64,000 nucleotides of DNA. It comes from Macrostomum lignano (lineage: Eukaryota). Below the pieces are notes generated by a model, which did no database searches, was not told the DNA's origin, and saw only the letters and a program-made list of their open reading frames with translations. Within the stretch, counting starts at the first letter, position 1; every line of letters starts with the position of its first letter. Below are positions 1 to 20,549 of the stretch, piece by piece. Location: positions 124,001-188,000 of the forward strand of contig NIVC01001379.1 in the NCBI GenBank assembly GCA_002269645.1, read 5' to 3'. The translations under genes and the position numbers were made by a program.

Positions 1-365
1 TACACAGAACTTTTGTACAACCCTCGTCACCCTAGTTGCCTGTAAAAAAACTATGCCTCGGCACCATTGCCATATGTCCCTGATCCAAAGTCTGTCTTAC
101 AGTCTGCCTAACTACAGTTGCTTCTAGCATGAGCTTGTCTAGAGCAGAGTAAATAATCTGCCTTCATATCATATGACATTAAATAGCCAGGCTTGACAAA
201 ATTAGTAAGCAACCTCCTTATATGCCTCCTTCTTTTGCGCCTAAGAATAACTTTCTGCTGCTCTGATAGTCATTAAAATAATTCGATTTCTGCTTATGCA
301 GCATCAGTCTTCTGCCTTTAATTTTCCTATTCTGATCCAGCAAGCAAGGACTAATAATAATATAG

Positions 366-2790
366 TCCTGCATCCTTGTGGGCTAGATTAGCAATCCATT
401 CTATTCCTGCATCCTTGTGGGCTAGATTAGCAATCCATTCTGTTCCTGCATCCTTGTGGGCTAGATTAGCAATCCATTCTATTCCTGCATCCTTGTGGGC
501 TAGATTAGCAATCCATTCTATTCCTGCATCCTTGATGGGCTAGATTAGCAATCCATTCTATTCCTGCATCCTTGTGGGCTAGATTAGCAATCCATTCTAT
601 TCCTGCATCCTTGTGAGCTAGATTAGCAATCCATTCTATTCCTGCATCCCTGTGGGCTAGATTAGCAATCCATTCTATTCCTGCATCCCTGTGGGCTAGA
701 TTAGCAATCCATTCTATTCCTGCATCCCTGTGGGCTAGATTAGCAATCCATTCTATTCCTGCATCCTTGTGGGCTAGATTAGCAATCCATTCTATTCCTG
801 CATCCTTGTGAGCTAGATTAGCAATCCATTCTATTCCTGCATCCTGTGGGCTAGATTAGCAATCCATTCTATTCCTGCATCCTTGTGGGCTAGATTAGCA
901 ATCCATTCTATTCCTGCATCCTTGTGAGCTAGATTAGCAATCCATTCTATTCCTGCATCCCTGTGGGCTAGATTAGCAATCCATTCTATTCCTGCATCCT
1001 TGTGGGCTAGATTAGCAATCCATTCTATTCCTGCATCCTTGTGAGCTAGATTAGCAATCCATTCTATTCCTGCATCCCTGTGGGCTAGATTAGCAATCCA
1101 TTCTATTCCTGCATCCTTGTGGGCTAGATTAGCAATCCATTCTATTCCTGCATCCTTGTGAGCTAGATTAGCAATCCATTCTATTCCTGCATCCCTGTGG
1201 GCTAGATTAGCAATCCATTCTATTCCTGCATCCTTGTGGGCTAGATTAGCAATCCATTCTATTCCTGCATCCCTGTGGGCTAGATTAGCAATCCATTCTA
1301 TTCCTGCATCCCTGTGGGCTAGATTAGCAATCCATTCTATTCCTGCATCATTGTGGGCTAGATTAGCAATCCATTCTATTCCTGCATCCCTGTGGGCTAG
1401 ATTAGCAATCCATTCTATTCCTGCATCCTTGTGGGCTAGATTAGCAATCCATTCTATTCCTGCATCCTTGTGAGCTAGATTAGCAATCCATTCTATTCCT
1501 GCATCCTTGTGGGCTAGATTAGCAATCCATTCTATTCCTGCATCCTTGTGGGCTAGATTAGCAATCCATTCTATTCCTGCATCCTTGTGAGCTAGATTAG
1601 CAATCCATTCTATTCCTGCATCCTGTGGGCTAGATTAGCAATCCATTCTATTCCTGCATCCTTGTGGGCTAGATTAGCAATCCATTCTATTCCTGCATCC
1701 TGTGGGCTAGATTAGCAATCCATTCTATTCCTGCATCCTGTGGGCTAGATTAGCAATCCATTCTATTCCTGCATCATTGTGGGCTAGATTAGCAATCCAT
1801 TCTATTCCTGCATCCCTGTGAGCTAGATTAGCAATCCATTCTATTCCTGCATCCTTGTGGGCTAGATTAGCAATCCATTCTATTCCTGCATCCTGTGGGC
1901 TAGATTAGCAATCCATTCTATTCCTGCATCATTGTGAGCTAGATTAGCAATCCATTCTATTCCTGCATCCTTGTGGGCTAGATTAGCAATCCATTCTATT
2001 CCTGCATCCCTGTGGGCTAGATTAGCAATCCATTCTATTCCTGCATCCTTGTGGGCTAGATTAGCAATCCATTCTATTCCTGCATCCCTGTGGGCTAGAT
2101 TAGCAATCCATTCTATTCCTGCATCCCTGTGGGCTAGATTAGCAATCCATTCTATTCCTGCATCCTTGTGGGCTAGATTAGCAATCCATTCTATTCCTGC
2201 ATCCCTGTGGGCTAGATTAGCAATCCATTCTATTCCTGCATCCCTGTGGGCTAGATTAGCAATCCATTCTATTCCTGCATCATTGTGGGCTAGATTAGCA
2301 ATCCATTCTATTCCTGCATCCCTGTGGGCTAGATTAGCAATCCATTCTATTCCTGCATCCTTGTGAGCTAGATTAGCAATCCATTCTATTCCTGCATCCC
2401 TGTGGGCTAGATTAGCAATCCATTCTATTCCTGCATCCTTGTGGGCTAGATTAGCAATCCATTCTATTCCTGCATCCTGTGGGCTAGATTAGCAATCCAT
2501 TCTATTCCTGCATCCCTGTGGGCTAGATTAGCAATCCATTCTATTCCTGCATCATTGTGGGCTAGATTAGCAATCCATTCTATTCCTGCATCTGTGGGCT
2601 AGATTAGCAATCCATTCTATTCCTGCATCCTTGTGGGCTAGATTAGCAATCCATTCTATTCCTGCATCCTTGTGAGCTAGATTAGCAATCCATTCTATTC
2701 CTGCATCCTTGTGGGCTAGATTAGCAATCCATTCTATTCCTGCATCCTTGTGGGCTAGATTAGCAATCCATTCTGTTCCTGCATCCTTAT
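366..2790. repeat. 39-bp minisatellite (CCTGCATCCTTGTGGGCTAGATTAGCAATCCATTCTATT)n
   Basis: About 60 near-identical tandem units. The WARLAIHSIPASL ORFs are a translation artefact of the 39-nt period. Confidence 0.97.
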
Positions 2791-2897
2791 TAGTGTAAAC
2801 AACTGAAGATTGTTAGCTGATATTCTCAAGAGTTTCCGATCGATCACTCTACATCCCAACATGCGTCACTGTTTACCATTCATGCTCTCGAGTCCGC

Positions 2898-10659
<7,762 letters not shown>

Positions 10660-10878
10660 CTTGTACTTTTATCCAACCAGCGTGCTTATATTTTCAATGG
10701 TTCCGGTACATGCCAAGCTTATGCGCATTTTTCGTAATACAAAATACAATTCATGATATTTGACCGCTTGAATGCGTGTGATTGAAACTGTTTTATTCCT
10801 CCGTCCGTATTTTAGCGGGCGTGAATTCGGTCAGCCAATTGCTTATGAGACATTTTTTCTGTTGTTTTTTGGGCACAT

Positions 10879-11600
10879 GCAGATTAGCAATCCATTCTAT
10901 TCCTGCATCCTTGTGGGCTAGATTAGCAATCCATTCTATTCCTGCATCCTTGTGGGCTAGATTAGCAATCCATTCTATTCCTGCATCCTTGTGGGCTAGA
11001 TTAGCAATCCATTCTATTCCTGCATCCTTGTGGGCTAGATTAGCAATCCATTCTATTCCTGCATCCTTGTGGGCTAGATTAGCAATCCATTCTATTCCTG
11101 CATCCTTGTGGGCTAGATTAGCAATCCATTCTATTCCTGCATCCTTGTGGGCTAGATTAGCAATCCATTCTATTCCTGCATCCTTGTGGGCTAGATTAGC
11201 AATCCATTCTATTCCTGCATCCTTGTGGGCTAGATTAGCAATCCATTCTATTCCTGCATCCTTGTGGGCTAGATTAGCAATCCATTCTATTCCTGCATCC
11301 TTGTGGGCTAGATTAGCAATCCATTCTATTCCTGCATCCTTGTGGGCTAGATTAGCAATCCATTCATTCTATTCCTGCATCCTTGTGGGCTAGATTAGCA
11401 ATCCATTCTATTCCTGGATCCTTGTGGGCTAGATTAGCAATCCATTCTATTCCTGCATCCTTGTGGGCTAGATTAGCAATCCATTCTATTCCTGCATCCT
11501 TGTGGGCTAGATTAGCAATCCATTCTATTCCTGCATCCTTGTGGGCTAGATTAGCAATCCATTCTATTCCTGCATCCTTGTGGGCTAGATTAGCAATCCA
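10879..11600. repeat. 39-bp minisatellite, same unit and orientation as 366-2790
   Basis: Identical consensus unit; more homogeneous than the upstream array. Confidence 0.97.
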
Positions 11601-11999
11601 TTAGCATACCAGATTAGCAAGGAGCAAAAGTGCAACACCGTTGGTGAACATATTTTATCTGAATGTTCGGATGCAACATTAAATTAAATGATTCTGTTTA
11701 ATTGTCACAACAGAGGTATGAAAAGGAAAAAAATGGAAACGTGTGGATTTGAATTAGAAAACAGCGAATTTGTTAATGTTTAGCAGTTAAAGCTTATACG
11801 TTTGTAGTTGAATATCGCAGCAAGAAAGCACCGTGAATTGATTACAGAACTGGCTGCAGTTAAATAAACGAATGTACATTAAGTGAATTGGCTAGATTAT
11901 TAATATTATACTAGTACATTGTGTGTCTGGGTTGTTGGGCTGACAAGACTGACAACCTGAACGCCGCACTCAGCAATACCAGACCATACTCAAAGATTT

Positions 12000-12400
12000 T
12001 GGACCCTACTCAGAGTTACTAAAACCTACTCAGAGATACTGGACCCTACTCAGAGTTACTAAAACCTACTCAGAGAGACCCGAGTCTACTCAAAGATACT
12101 AGACCCTAATCAAAGATACTAGACGCTACTCAAATATACTAGACCCTACTCAAAGATACTAGACGCTACTCAAATATACTAGACCCTACTCAAAGATACT
12201 AGACGCTACTCAAAGATACTATAGACGATACTCAGAGATACTAGAACCTACTCAGAGATACTAGGCCCTACTCAGAGTTACTAAAACCTACTCAGAGATA
12301 CTCGAACCTACTCAGAGATACTCGACCCTACTCAGAGATACTAGACCCTACTCAGAGATACTAGACCCTACTCAGAGCTAGACCCAGTAGTACCTACTCG
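12000..12400. repeat. About 20-bp minisatellite (CTAGACCCTACTCAGAGATA)n
   Basis: Tandem units visible directly. Confidence 0.9.
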
Positions 12401-12488
12401 CAAGTACTCAAATCCCAAACGAGTTGCATGTAATAGATTAGCAGTCCTTAATTACGAGTAAAAGACAATAAATAACTGCGCCAGCCAA

Positions 12489-13659
12489 TCAGGAAGCAGC
12501 AGGCTTGGTCTCAGTGAAGCTGGTGTGCCCAGTAGACTTGGCGTGCTGCCTGGCCTCAGCTTCTCCCCTCAGATAGACGCCGCAGTCGCCGCATCGCAGC
12601 TGAAATTTCGACATGTCGGTGAACTGGCCGGCCGACTTGGCCTCCTTGCCGAGCTCCAGAGCTTTGGCGTCCACCGATTCGTCGCTGATTGGAAATCGAG
12701 TTGTCAATCCGCCTGCGCCTTCCAGGGTTTCCATGGCAACAGCGTCGTAGTGAATGCCGTCGTAGATAAGGAAGATTTTATGGACGGCATTCTCGGCCGG
12801 GTAGGAGTCCATGCGGCCTGTCTGGGTGTCGATAACGTTGATTTGAACGCCCAGCCGGCGACACAGGATCGACAGCTCAATGGCGCCGCCCCAGCTGTTT
12901 GGCGACAGAATCCACTGGCAGTAGGCGGGGTTCTCGCGGTCCAGGAAGGCGGCCGTGTAGGTGGCCGGGTCAGCTGACACCTGGTGGGATCGTGGGAGGC
13001 GTTGCGGCGACTTTTAGTGAGTTGTGTGGATTGTGAAGAATCGGTAACAGCATGGGAAGAATCTGTGAATCAGGAAGAATCTGTGAATCAGGAAGAACAT
13101 GTGAATCAGGAAGAATCTGTGAATCAGAAAGAATCTGTGAATCTGAAAAAATATGTGAATAAGGAAGAATCTAAATCAGATTTCAGCACAGCAAGGCCAG
13201 CCTCACCGCTTGCGCAATGGCCTGTCGCATTGGGGCAGCCGAGTCCAGATCAACCGCAGCCCGATTGGACACGCAGAAGTCGATAGCCAGAAACAGGCAA
13301 GAGTTATTAGCCGGGATGGTCTGCACGGAGAGAAACCCGGCTCCGGACTCAACTTGGCTGCTCAGCACCGAGTCCAATTGAGCAGCTTTCTCTCGCTGCC
13401 ACTGAGTGCTCCGTTTAGCTTCGACAATGAGGGCCTCGCCACTGGTGAGGCCGAGGCTGGACAGGGTGCTGGCTGGCTGGCTCAGGTCCAGAGGCTTGGG
13501 CGGGTAGCCGAACTTCACGTGCAACTCGTGATCGCGGCCGATCTTGGCCGCTGAGTAGATTGCTTCGGCTAAGTCGCCGGCCGAACTGCCGGACGTCAGG
13601 CTGTCCAGCGTCACCTGGCCGCCTGTGCTGATGCGACAACGAAGGCGCAGAGCCGCCAT
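12489..13659 (-). CDS. YOD1: OTU1/YOD1 deubiquitinase (UBX-like, OTU and C2H2 zinc finger); exons 13659-13207 and 12980-12489
   Basis: GYPPKPL in the ubiquitin-like domain. Cys box IPANNSCLF, WGGAIELSIL, His box LIYDGIHYDA. C-terminal LRCGDCGVYLRGEAEARQHAKSTGH. Phase-0 GT-AG intron. Confidence 0.93.
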
Positions 13660-13717
13660 TAAGGTGTGGCTCTCGATTGCTGAAACACGGGTGGAAAAGG
13701 TCAAAAGGGGCAGGCAG

Positions 13718-14600
13718 TTCACTGAATGGTCAGATGAGGCAGGCAGTTCACTGAATGGTCAGAGGAGGCTGGCAGTTCACTGAATGGTCAGAGACTGGCA
13801 GTTCACTGAATGGTCAGAGGAGGCTGGCAGTTCACTGAATGGTCAGAGGAGGCTGGCAGTTCACTGAATGGTCAGAGGAGGCTGGCAGTTCACTGAATGG
13901 TCAGAGGAGGCTGGCAGTTCACTGAATGGTCAGAGGAGACTGGAAGTTCACTGAATGGTCAGAGGAGACTGGAAGTTCACTGAATGGTCAGAGGAGGCTG
14001 GCAGTTCACTGAATGGTTAGAGGCTGGCAGTTCACTGAATGTTCAGAGGAGACTGAAAGTTCACTGAATGGTCAGAGGAGACTGAAAGTTCACTGAAGAA
14101 TCAGAGGAGACTGAAAGTTCACTGAATGTTCAGAGGAGACTGAAAGTTCACTGAATGGTCAGAGGAGACTGAAAGTTCACTGAAGGGTCAGAGGAGACTG
14201 AAGTTCATTGAAGGGTCAGAGGAGACTGGAAGTTCACTGAAGGGTCAGAGGAGACTGAAAGTTCACTGAAGGGTCAGAGGAGACTAGAAGTTCACTGAAT
14301 GGTCAGAGGAGACTGGAAGTTCACTGAAGGGTCAGAGGAGACTAGAAGTTCACTGAAGGGTCAGAGGAGACTGGAAGTTCACTGAGTGGTCAGAGGAGAC
14401 TAGAAGTTCACTGAAGGGTCAGAGGAGACTGGAAGTTCACTGAAGGGTCTGAGGAGACTGGAAGTTCACTGAGTGGTCAGAGGAGACTAGAAGTTCACTG
14501 AAGGGTCAGAGGAGACTGGAAGTTCACTGAAGGGTCTGAGGAGACTGGAAGTTCACTGAGTGGTCAGAGGAGACTAGAAGTTCACTGAAGGGTCAGAGGA
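13718..14600. repeat. 29-bp minisatellite (GTTCACTGAATGGTCAGAGGAGGCTGGCA)n between PDCD5 and YOD1
   Basis: Tandem units with gradual sequence drift along the array. Confidence 0.95.
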
Positions 14601-15028
14601 GACTTGTGGCATAAAAGTGAAAAATTTAGCACTCAATTTAACGTTTGGCTTGTATGGTTGTCAAGGAGGCGAGCTGAGTAATGTGAATCCCTTAATAAAA
14701 TATATATTTGAGTTCACTAAGTATCTCATTGATTATAACAAACTCAGGATACGCATTAAGGAGAAACAGGTTCGAATACCTGTTTATCAGGTATTCGAAC
14801 CTGTTAGAGACAGGTGTTAGATGTCCGACTTTAGTCACAGGCATCCCAGAGTCCCTATTTAGTGAGACAAGAAGCAACAGGTAAAAAAGCCCATTTGCTA
14901 TACTACTACTATAAGTAACTTAAGTAGAAAAGCATAGCAAAGTCACGCAAAGCTAGGTAAGTCTGTCCCATATTTAGCCTTAAACTGAATAGCTCGTAAT
15001 TATAATAATTAATAAAGCAATAAATCAA

Positions 15029-16057
15029 TTAATAATCGTCGTCGTCTGAGTCGATGGCAGCCCTGCGCCGGTCGAACTTGACATTCACAGACTTGCTGGA
15101 ACCGGAGCCGCCGGCCGATTCAAGTATCTGCTTCAGCTGCTCCTCGGACACTTTGTCCGCTATTTGGCCAGACCGAGCCATGGCTATTAGACGCTGTTCC
15201 ACCTGAGTAGGCAGTTGTGAGCATTATTTGCTCAATGTTTTGTTAGCATGGATACCTAAAATAACTAGATGTCAGGCACACAAAAATTCGCTTAACTACT
15301 CCTCAGTAGAAAAATTTGCGTTTTTACGATCTGTATGAAAATGATATAGTAAAATTAAAAATCTATTTTTACTTTCTAAAACACAGTTTTTAAAGTTGAA
15401 AAAATCGCCTCTGGCTTTCTGTCTTCTTGCTTTCCGTTCTCTATCTTCAACCTGTTTGAAGCTGCACCCAAATCCAGTGCGTGGGCAAAGCGAGCAACCC
15501 CCCCCCCTTAGCCAGGCCAATAAACAGTTTCGCTTTCCTCTTGCTGGCTTGTGCCCTATACTGCAGCTCTCCCATTGGCTGAGTTATATTGGGCCTGCCC
15601 CCTTAGGCTGAGTTTCGTGCGTCTGATTTCGACCTCTCCTTACTGCTCTCTTATTGGCTGAGCCAGATTCGGTCTGCCCCATAGGTTGTTTCGATCGTAC
15701 GATTTTGACCTCTCTCCTTACTGCTCTCTCATTGGCTGAGCCAGATTAGGCCTGCCCCCTAGGCTGAGTTTCGATCGTCTCATTTTGACTTCTCTTCTTA
15801 CTGCTCTCTCATTGGCTAGGACATCTGTATTCAGTACTCAGTCTGTAGGCAATTTTAATGTGTATTCTCACCAATGCAGCCTTCTCAGGCTTAGTCATAG
15901 CCAAAGTATTCAATCTTGCCCTGGCCGCCTGATCTAGGATTTGGCTCAGCATCACATTCTTCATCTCAGCCCGCTGTTTCTCCTCTTCCTGACGCTGGCG
16001 CTGCTGCTCAGCCTGCTGGGCCAGCTGCTGCTGCTGCTGTTGGGAACTGTTTGATGC
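15029..16057 (-). CDS. PDCD5: Programmed cell death protein 5, 5'-partial: exons 16057-15872 and 15202-15029; first coding exon not located
   Basis: EMKNVMLSQILDQAARARLNTLAMTKPEKAAL/VEQRLIAMARSGQIADKVSEEQLKQIL...VKFDRRRAAIDSDDDDY* matches the PDCD5 family consensus. Absent from the ORF track. Confidence 0.9.
15540..15830. repeat. About 77-bp tandem repeat (3-4 copies) in a PDCD5 intron
   Basis: Recurring CTTACTGCTCTCTCATTGGCTGAGCCAGATT...GCCCCCTAGG. Confidence 0.8.
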
Positions 16058-16788
16058 CTGGAAATTAGCGATATAAAATTTAAGATCATTCTATCATGTT
16101 GATTTTTTAAAACCAATTCCATTGGAACTACAAGAGGCTACTCTGTAGCCCCTGGTTAGTTGCAGTCAGGTCATGGCACAGCATAGTGCAGTACAGCAAG
16201 AAAAGTTAGAGATAATAATTAAAGATTTCAGAATTCCCCAGAATATTTTATATAGTATAACAAGTTTTATTACTGTAATAGTTTGCAACAAGTTGATAAC
16301 ACTTAAAATATGAAGTTATTTAAAAACATCAATTTTAATTTTTAATGGCATATACACATTGTATAAAAGTCAAATAAATTTTTTTAGAAAACATGGTAGT
16401 TTTTTTTCATAGAGTACATTTTTTGTTTGGTACACTTTTTAGAGCTAAGTTTTTGGCTTGACACAATTTTAAGCAGAAAGCTTTTTGTAAATATCTGAGC
16501 AGTTTGTGCAAAAATTCTAATAGGGGTTTTTCTATTTTTAGAACTAGTTCTAAAACTGTGATCCAATTCTAGAATTCAGTTAGAGAAATTTTCTCCATTT
16601 GTTGTCATATTTTTATGGAAACAACAGGAGGAATTTGCAATAACATTTTTAAAATTTCAAAAAGAGTACTGAAAACTCAAAAATATAACCCATATTTTAT
16701 ATAACAATATTTTTATCTTTTGAGAAGTAATATAGGTAGAAGAATTAGAAAAAAATTGATAATTTTCATTTTCCTACTGATCATACGT

Positions 16789-16944
16789 GCGCAACCTTGG
16801 GAATCACCCGGCCGTTTCTATTGGCAACACACACATGTAAGTCGCTATTGGCTGAGAGCAGTCACGTGACTACTTTTCTGTCCAATAGCGACATACATGT
16901 GTGTGTTGCCAATAGAAACGGCCGAGTGAATCCCAAGGTTGCGC
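16789..16944. repeat. 156-bp near-perfect inverted repeat (hairpin/MITE-like) centred on GTCACGTGAC
   Basis: Arms of about 60 bp (GCGCAACCTTGGGAATCACCCGGCCGTTTCTATTGGCAACACACACATG...) with about 3 mismatches. Confidence 0.9.
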
Positions 16945-18748
16945 CCAAACATGCTACTGATTCTGGTTCTGGAATTAGAATTATTCTGGTTCTGGAACTG
17001 ATCCTTGTGAAAAGTTTAATATCTATGGTATATGGTATAGATAGATAGGCTTACTAGACTTTAATTTTTTTAAAGTATACTAACTGTAATTGCCTTGCAA
17101 TATTGTTTATTGATTTGTTCTAACAAAGTGAGTGAGTTAGTTATATTCTATCATAAATATACATCTAGGGTTGTATAATTTATGTACATCTTATTGATAT
17201 TGTTTGCTTGACACTTAGAACTTCCAATGTATATTTTGCTAACTTGGCCAGTTTGGGCCTCACATATTTTTCTTGCTCAGCTTAAATTGCAGCCTTCAGA
17301 CTTTATAGTGGCATTACAAGCAAGCCCACTTCGGCCATCTACTCATGGCTCAATTCATCTCACCTCTACCCCCAGAGCAATTCAATACTAGTGCAGATCA
17401 ACAGAATGCCAGTAAATGCAAGAACACATGGTCCAATCATTTTTGCGACTTTATTGAAGTATCAAGCATCAAAGATGAAACTCTGATGAAACTCTAATAC
17501 AAAAAGATGAAAAAAGATAAAAAGTAAAATTCAGAATGGCATGCCATAGCTAAAATATTTGTGCATCTTGGCTGATTGCTATATTTGAAAATTTAGGCCT
17601 ATTTCAATTCAATAAGGCTAGAGCTAGAGTCATTAGACTATGGTCTATAGTTGCATCATTTTTCTAAATGTAAGTAAATTAATTTCTGAATTAATATAGG
17701 CTTTCTAATGTAAATTTTGAGCTAAAATCTAAATTTCCAGACCTAAAATTTTAGTTAAAATTTGGCATAGTATTGCAATTTTGTTCTGGTATACATGATG
17801 ATACATATCATAGGCCTATGCAATATTTTTTCTGGTATAAACTTGAATTAATGGCATAGAGGCGAGGGTCATTTTTCTGATATACCATGTAACAGGTTTG
17901 GGAGCGTGGCCAAGATGTAATGTATAGAACTATTACCAATTTTGTACCTGACAAGATTAATTTAAGAAATATATTAGGCCTAGCCGCCTAGGCTATATAA
18001 ATCCTGAACATTTAGCCCTAAATAAAGAAGACATGGCATAGGTCCATTAGAGCTAAATTAAGGTAATAAAGCATTATGGCAACTCATAGCACTTAATAGG
18101 TAAGTATTTTTCTTATTTAATAATAGCCCATTTTGGATTTTGACAATTGTGGCGTTTTGATTGTTAGAAATCCTAGAGACCTAGCTAGGCCTTAGAACCA
18201 AAAATGGCCAAGATATTGGTAATTTCTGGTGCAACACAATAGAATAGAAAGTTTTGTATTATTATTATTACATTAAATCATACTAGTACGCCACTGTTGA
18301 GTGTTGACACAGAAAAAGTATTAAATAACAATATAACATGCCGCACTGCACATGCGCAGGTACGTCATTGCAAATTTGTTTCCTATAAATAGTTAGAAGG
18401 CCTAGTTAAAATTGTGAATGCAAAATTATAATAAATATTTATTCTGAGTCGACCTAAGTTTATATAAAAGCTTGTACTTCACTAAAAAAATTCTTTCAAG
18501 ACATATTATAAAACTTACAAGCAGTTATTCTTGCTGATTGACATTCAGTATCAATAGTAAACTAAAAAAACTCGAATCGACGAGGAAGCTTGCTGATTTC
18601 CAGAATTCAGTATTAGCTCATTTTAGCTCTTTGAAGCTCTTTGCTTTATATAAGCACACAAGTACAGACAAAACATAAAAATCCAGATTAGAGCATTAGA
18701 AATAGCTACCGTTGATTGCATCTTTGCGTTAATAAACTCTTCTCAGTT

Positions 18749-19276
18749 ATGGCTTCAATAGGCCTATCGCTACCAAGTCCTGTTCTTCGCATAGTTGAAG
18801 CACTCGGTCTTCAACCATTACCAATGGAAGGAGGATTCTACAAGGAAATGTTCCGAAGTCATAATACTGTGTCTTTCGCTGATTCTATCCATGCTACAAG
18901 CACAAACATCTACTATCTAATAACCAGCTCGCAATTTAGCCGTTGGCACAAGCTGCTTCAGGACGAAACCTGGTCCTATCTTGGAGGCACTTCAACAGCT
19001 ACAATGGATTTGATTTCACCTGATGGAAACCATAGTCAAGTCTTTTTTGGTGAATTGAATCGAGTGGCTCACAATAACAGTGGCACACGGCAGTATACTT
19101 TATGTTTTACTGTGCCTGCAAAAACTTGGTTTACTGTACATTGTGATTCTGCTGCTGAAGACGCCTATGCACTCTTTTCATGTGTTTGTGCACCTGGTTT
19201 TGAGTTCTCAGATGCTGAGTACTCTGACTCAGCTGCTTTGAGTAGAATTTTTCCAATCTGCAGCGATATTCATTAA
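18749..19276 (+). CDS. Intronless DUF985/Cupin_5-family cupin
   Basis: LGLQPLPMEGGFYKEMFRS, STNIYYL, WHKLLQDETWSYLGG, TVPAKTWF and LFSCVCAPGFEFSD match the family pattern. The ATG at 18749 follows a pyrimidine-rich acceptor (CTCTTCTCAG|TT ATG). Confidence 0.85.
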   Translation: MASIGLSLPSPVLRIVEALGLQPLPMEGGFYKEMFRSHNTVSFADSIHATSTNIYYLITSSQFSRWHKLLQDETWSYLGGTSTATMDLISPDGNHSQVFFGELNRVAHNNSGTRQYTLCFTVPAKTWFTVHCDSAAEDAYALFSCVCAPGFEFSDAEYSDSAALSRIFPICSDIH

Positions 19277-20549
19277 TTTTTACTGGACTTTAATGCTGCT
19301 TTCTGGTTTAACTTTTTTACTTAAGTTACAGTTAGCTAGCCTAACTGTTAGAGTTTTGATTTTTAACCATGTTTTTAAAGCTCTGTAAGTAAAGAACAAT
19401 CATCAGCTGAAACATTAAAATAGGCATATTGCTTTTCTTTTACTCCCATTCTCATAATAATTTTTCCATCTTTTATCCTATTTACACAAATTTCATCCAA
19501 TATTTTTAGAATCTCCTGTTTTATAAGGACTTTTTTAATTCTCTATATTCATTAAAGTTCTATCCTAAATAATAGGGCTATAATACATTAGTTCAAATAG
19601 AAAAATCTTAGTCATTGACTTTTAAGATTTTTTAACCCACATCAACTTGAAATGCAAAATGCAAATAATTTGGTTTTATAATTTAACATTGTACTTAATT
19701 TAAATTACTTGTAAATATAAATGTTGCTAAATGTATATAAAGCCAGCAGCAATGTTACCAGCAATGACAATAGAAATATCCTATCAAATCTTATAAACAG
19801 CTTCACATAGTCCATCTAAGACCTTTGAGCTTTAGTCTTAGTCCAATTAGTGCTCCAACTTCTAGTTCCTTCATTGGTTTACGAGTACTAATGTCATATT
19901 GAGTCAATCTGGCACTGAAGTTGTCACATTGAAATAATAGGCCTAGGTTTAACTTGATATAGCTATACCTTATATATACCTGATATAGCCAGCATATCCT
20001 TCTCCAGTAGTTGTATGACTGGGGCTAGATTCAATTGAGCCTCATGGTCCTTTATTGTTGCATGGGGGATCGTCTTTCCAATATTTCAGTTTGCCCTTGT
20101 GTTGCCCTCCCCCCAATATTTTTCTTCGCCAACCATTCTGGTTTTGCTCAGGCAACACACAGACACTCACTTTGCTGCTCTCTCTTCTTGCTTGGTTCTG
20201 CATGCAGCTGTTGGCCGCGGAGTGAATCGCAGCTCTCTAACCCTGATAACTAACTAGAGGTAGCAGTCCATTTGCTTGGAAAGTTGGAATGCTTGATTAG
20301 CTACTAATTGTTAATTATCACTTTATTGAGATTTGCAACTGCTAATAGCAATATTGTTTGACTGCCGCACGTCACATGGCAAGCATCAACATATACGACA
20401 TACATGTACGTAATCACGCGCACCCAGTTTAACCATTTGCGTGTGTATGTTTCCCCAGAACGAAATAAACATCAATTCTCACCTTGGCAAAACTATAGCG
20501 GCGATGCATTAGACGGAGAGCAACAGTTACATTATCGAACAAAACAATT

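Noticed and set aside
366-2790. CRISPR-like regular repeat
   Set aside because: Units are head-to-tail with no unique spacers, there are no cas genes, and the context is eukaryotic.
20165-20235. Possible PDCD5 first exon (MQNQARRESSK|GTGAGT), which would nest the cupin gene in a PDCD5 intron
   Set aside because: Phase fits, but the peptide does not resemble the PDCD5 N-terminus; unsupported.
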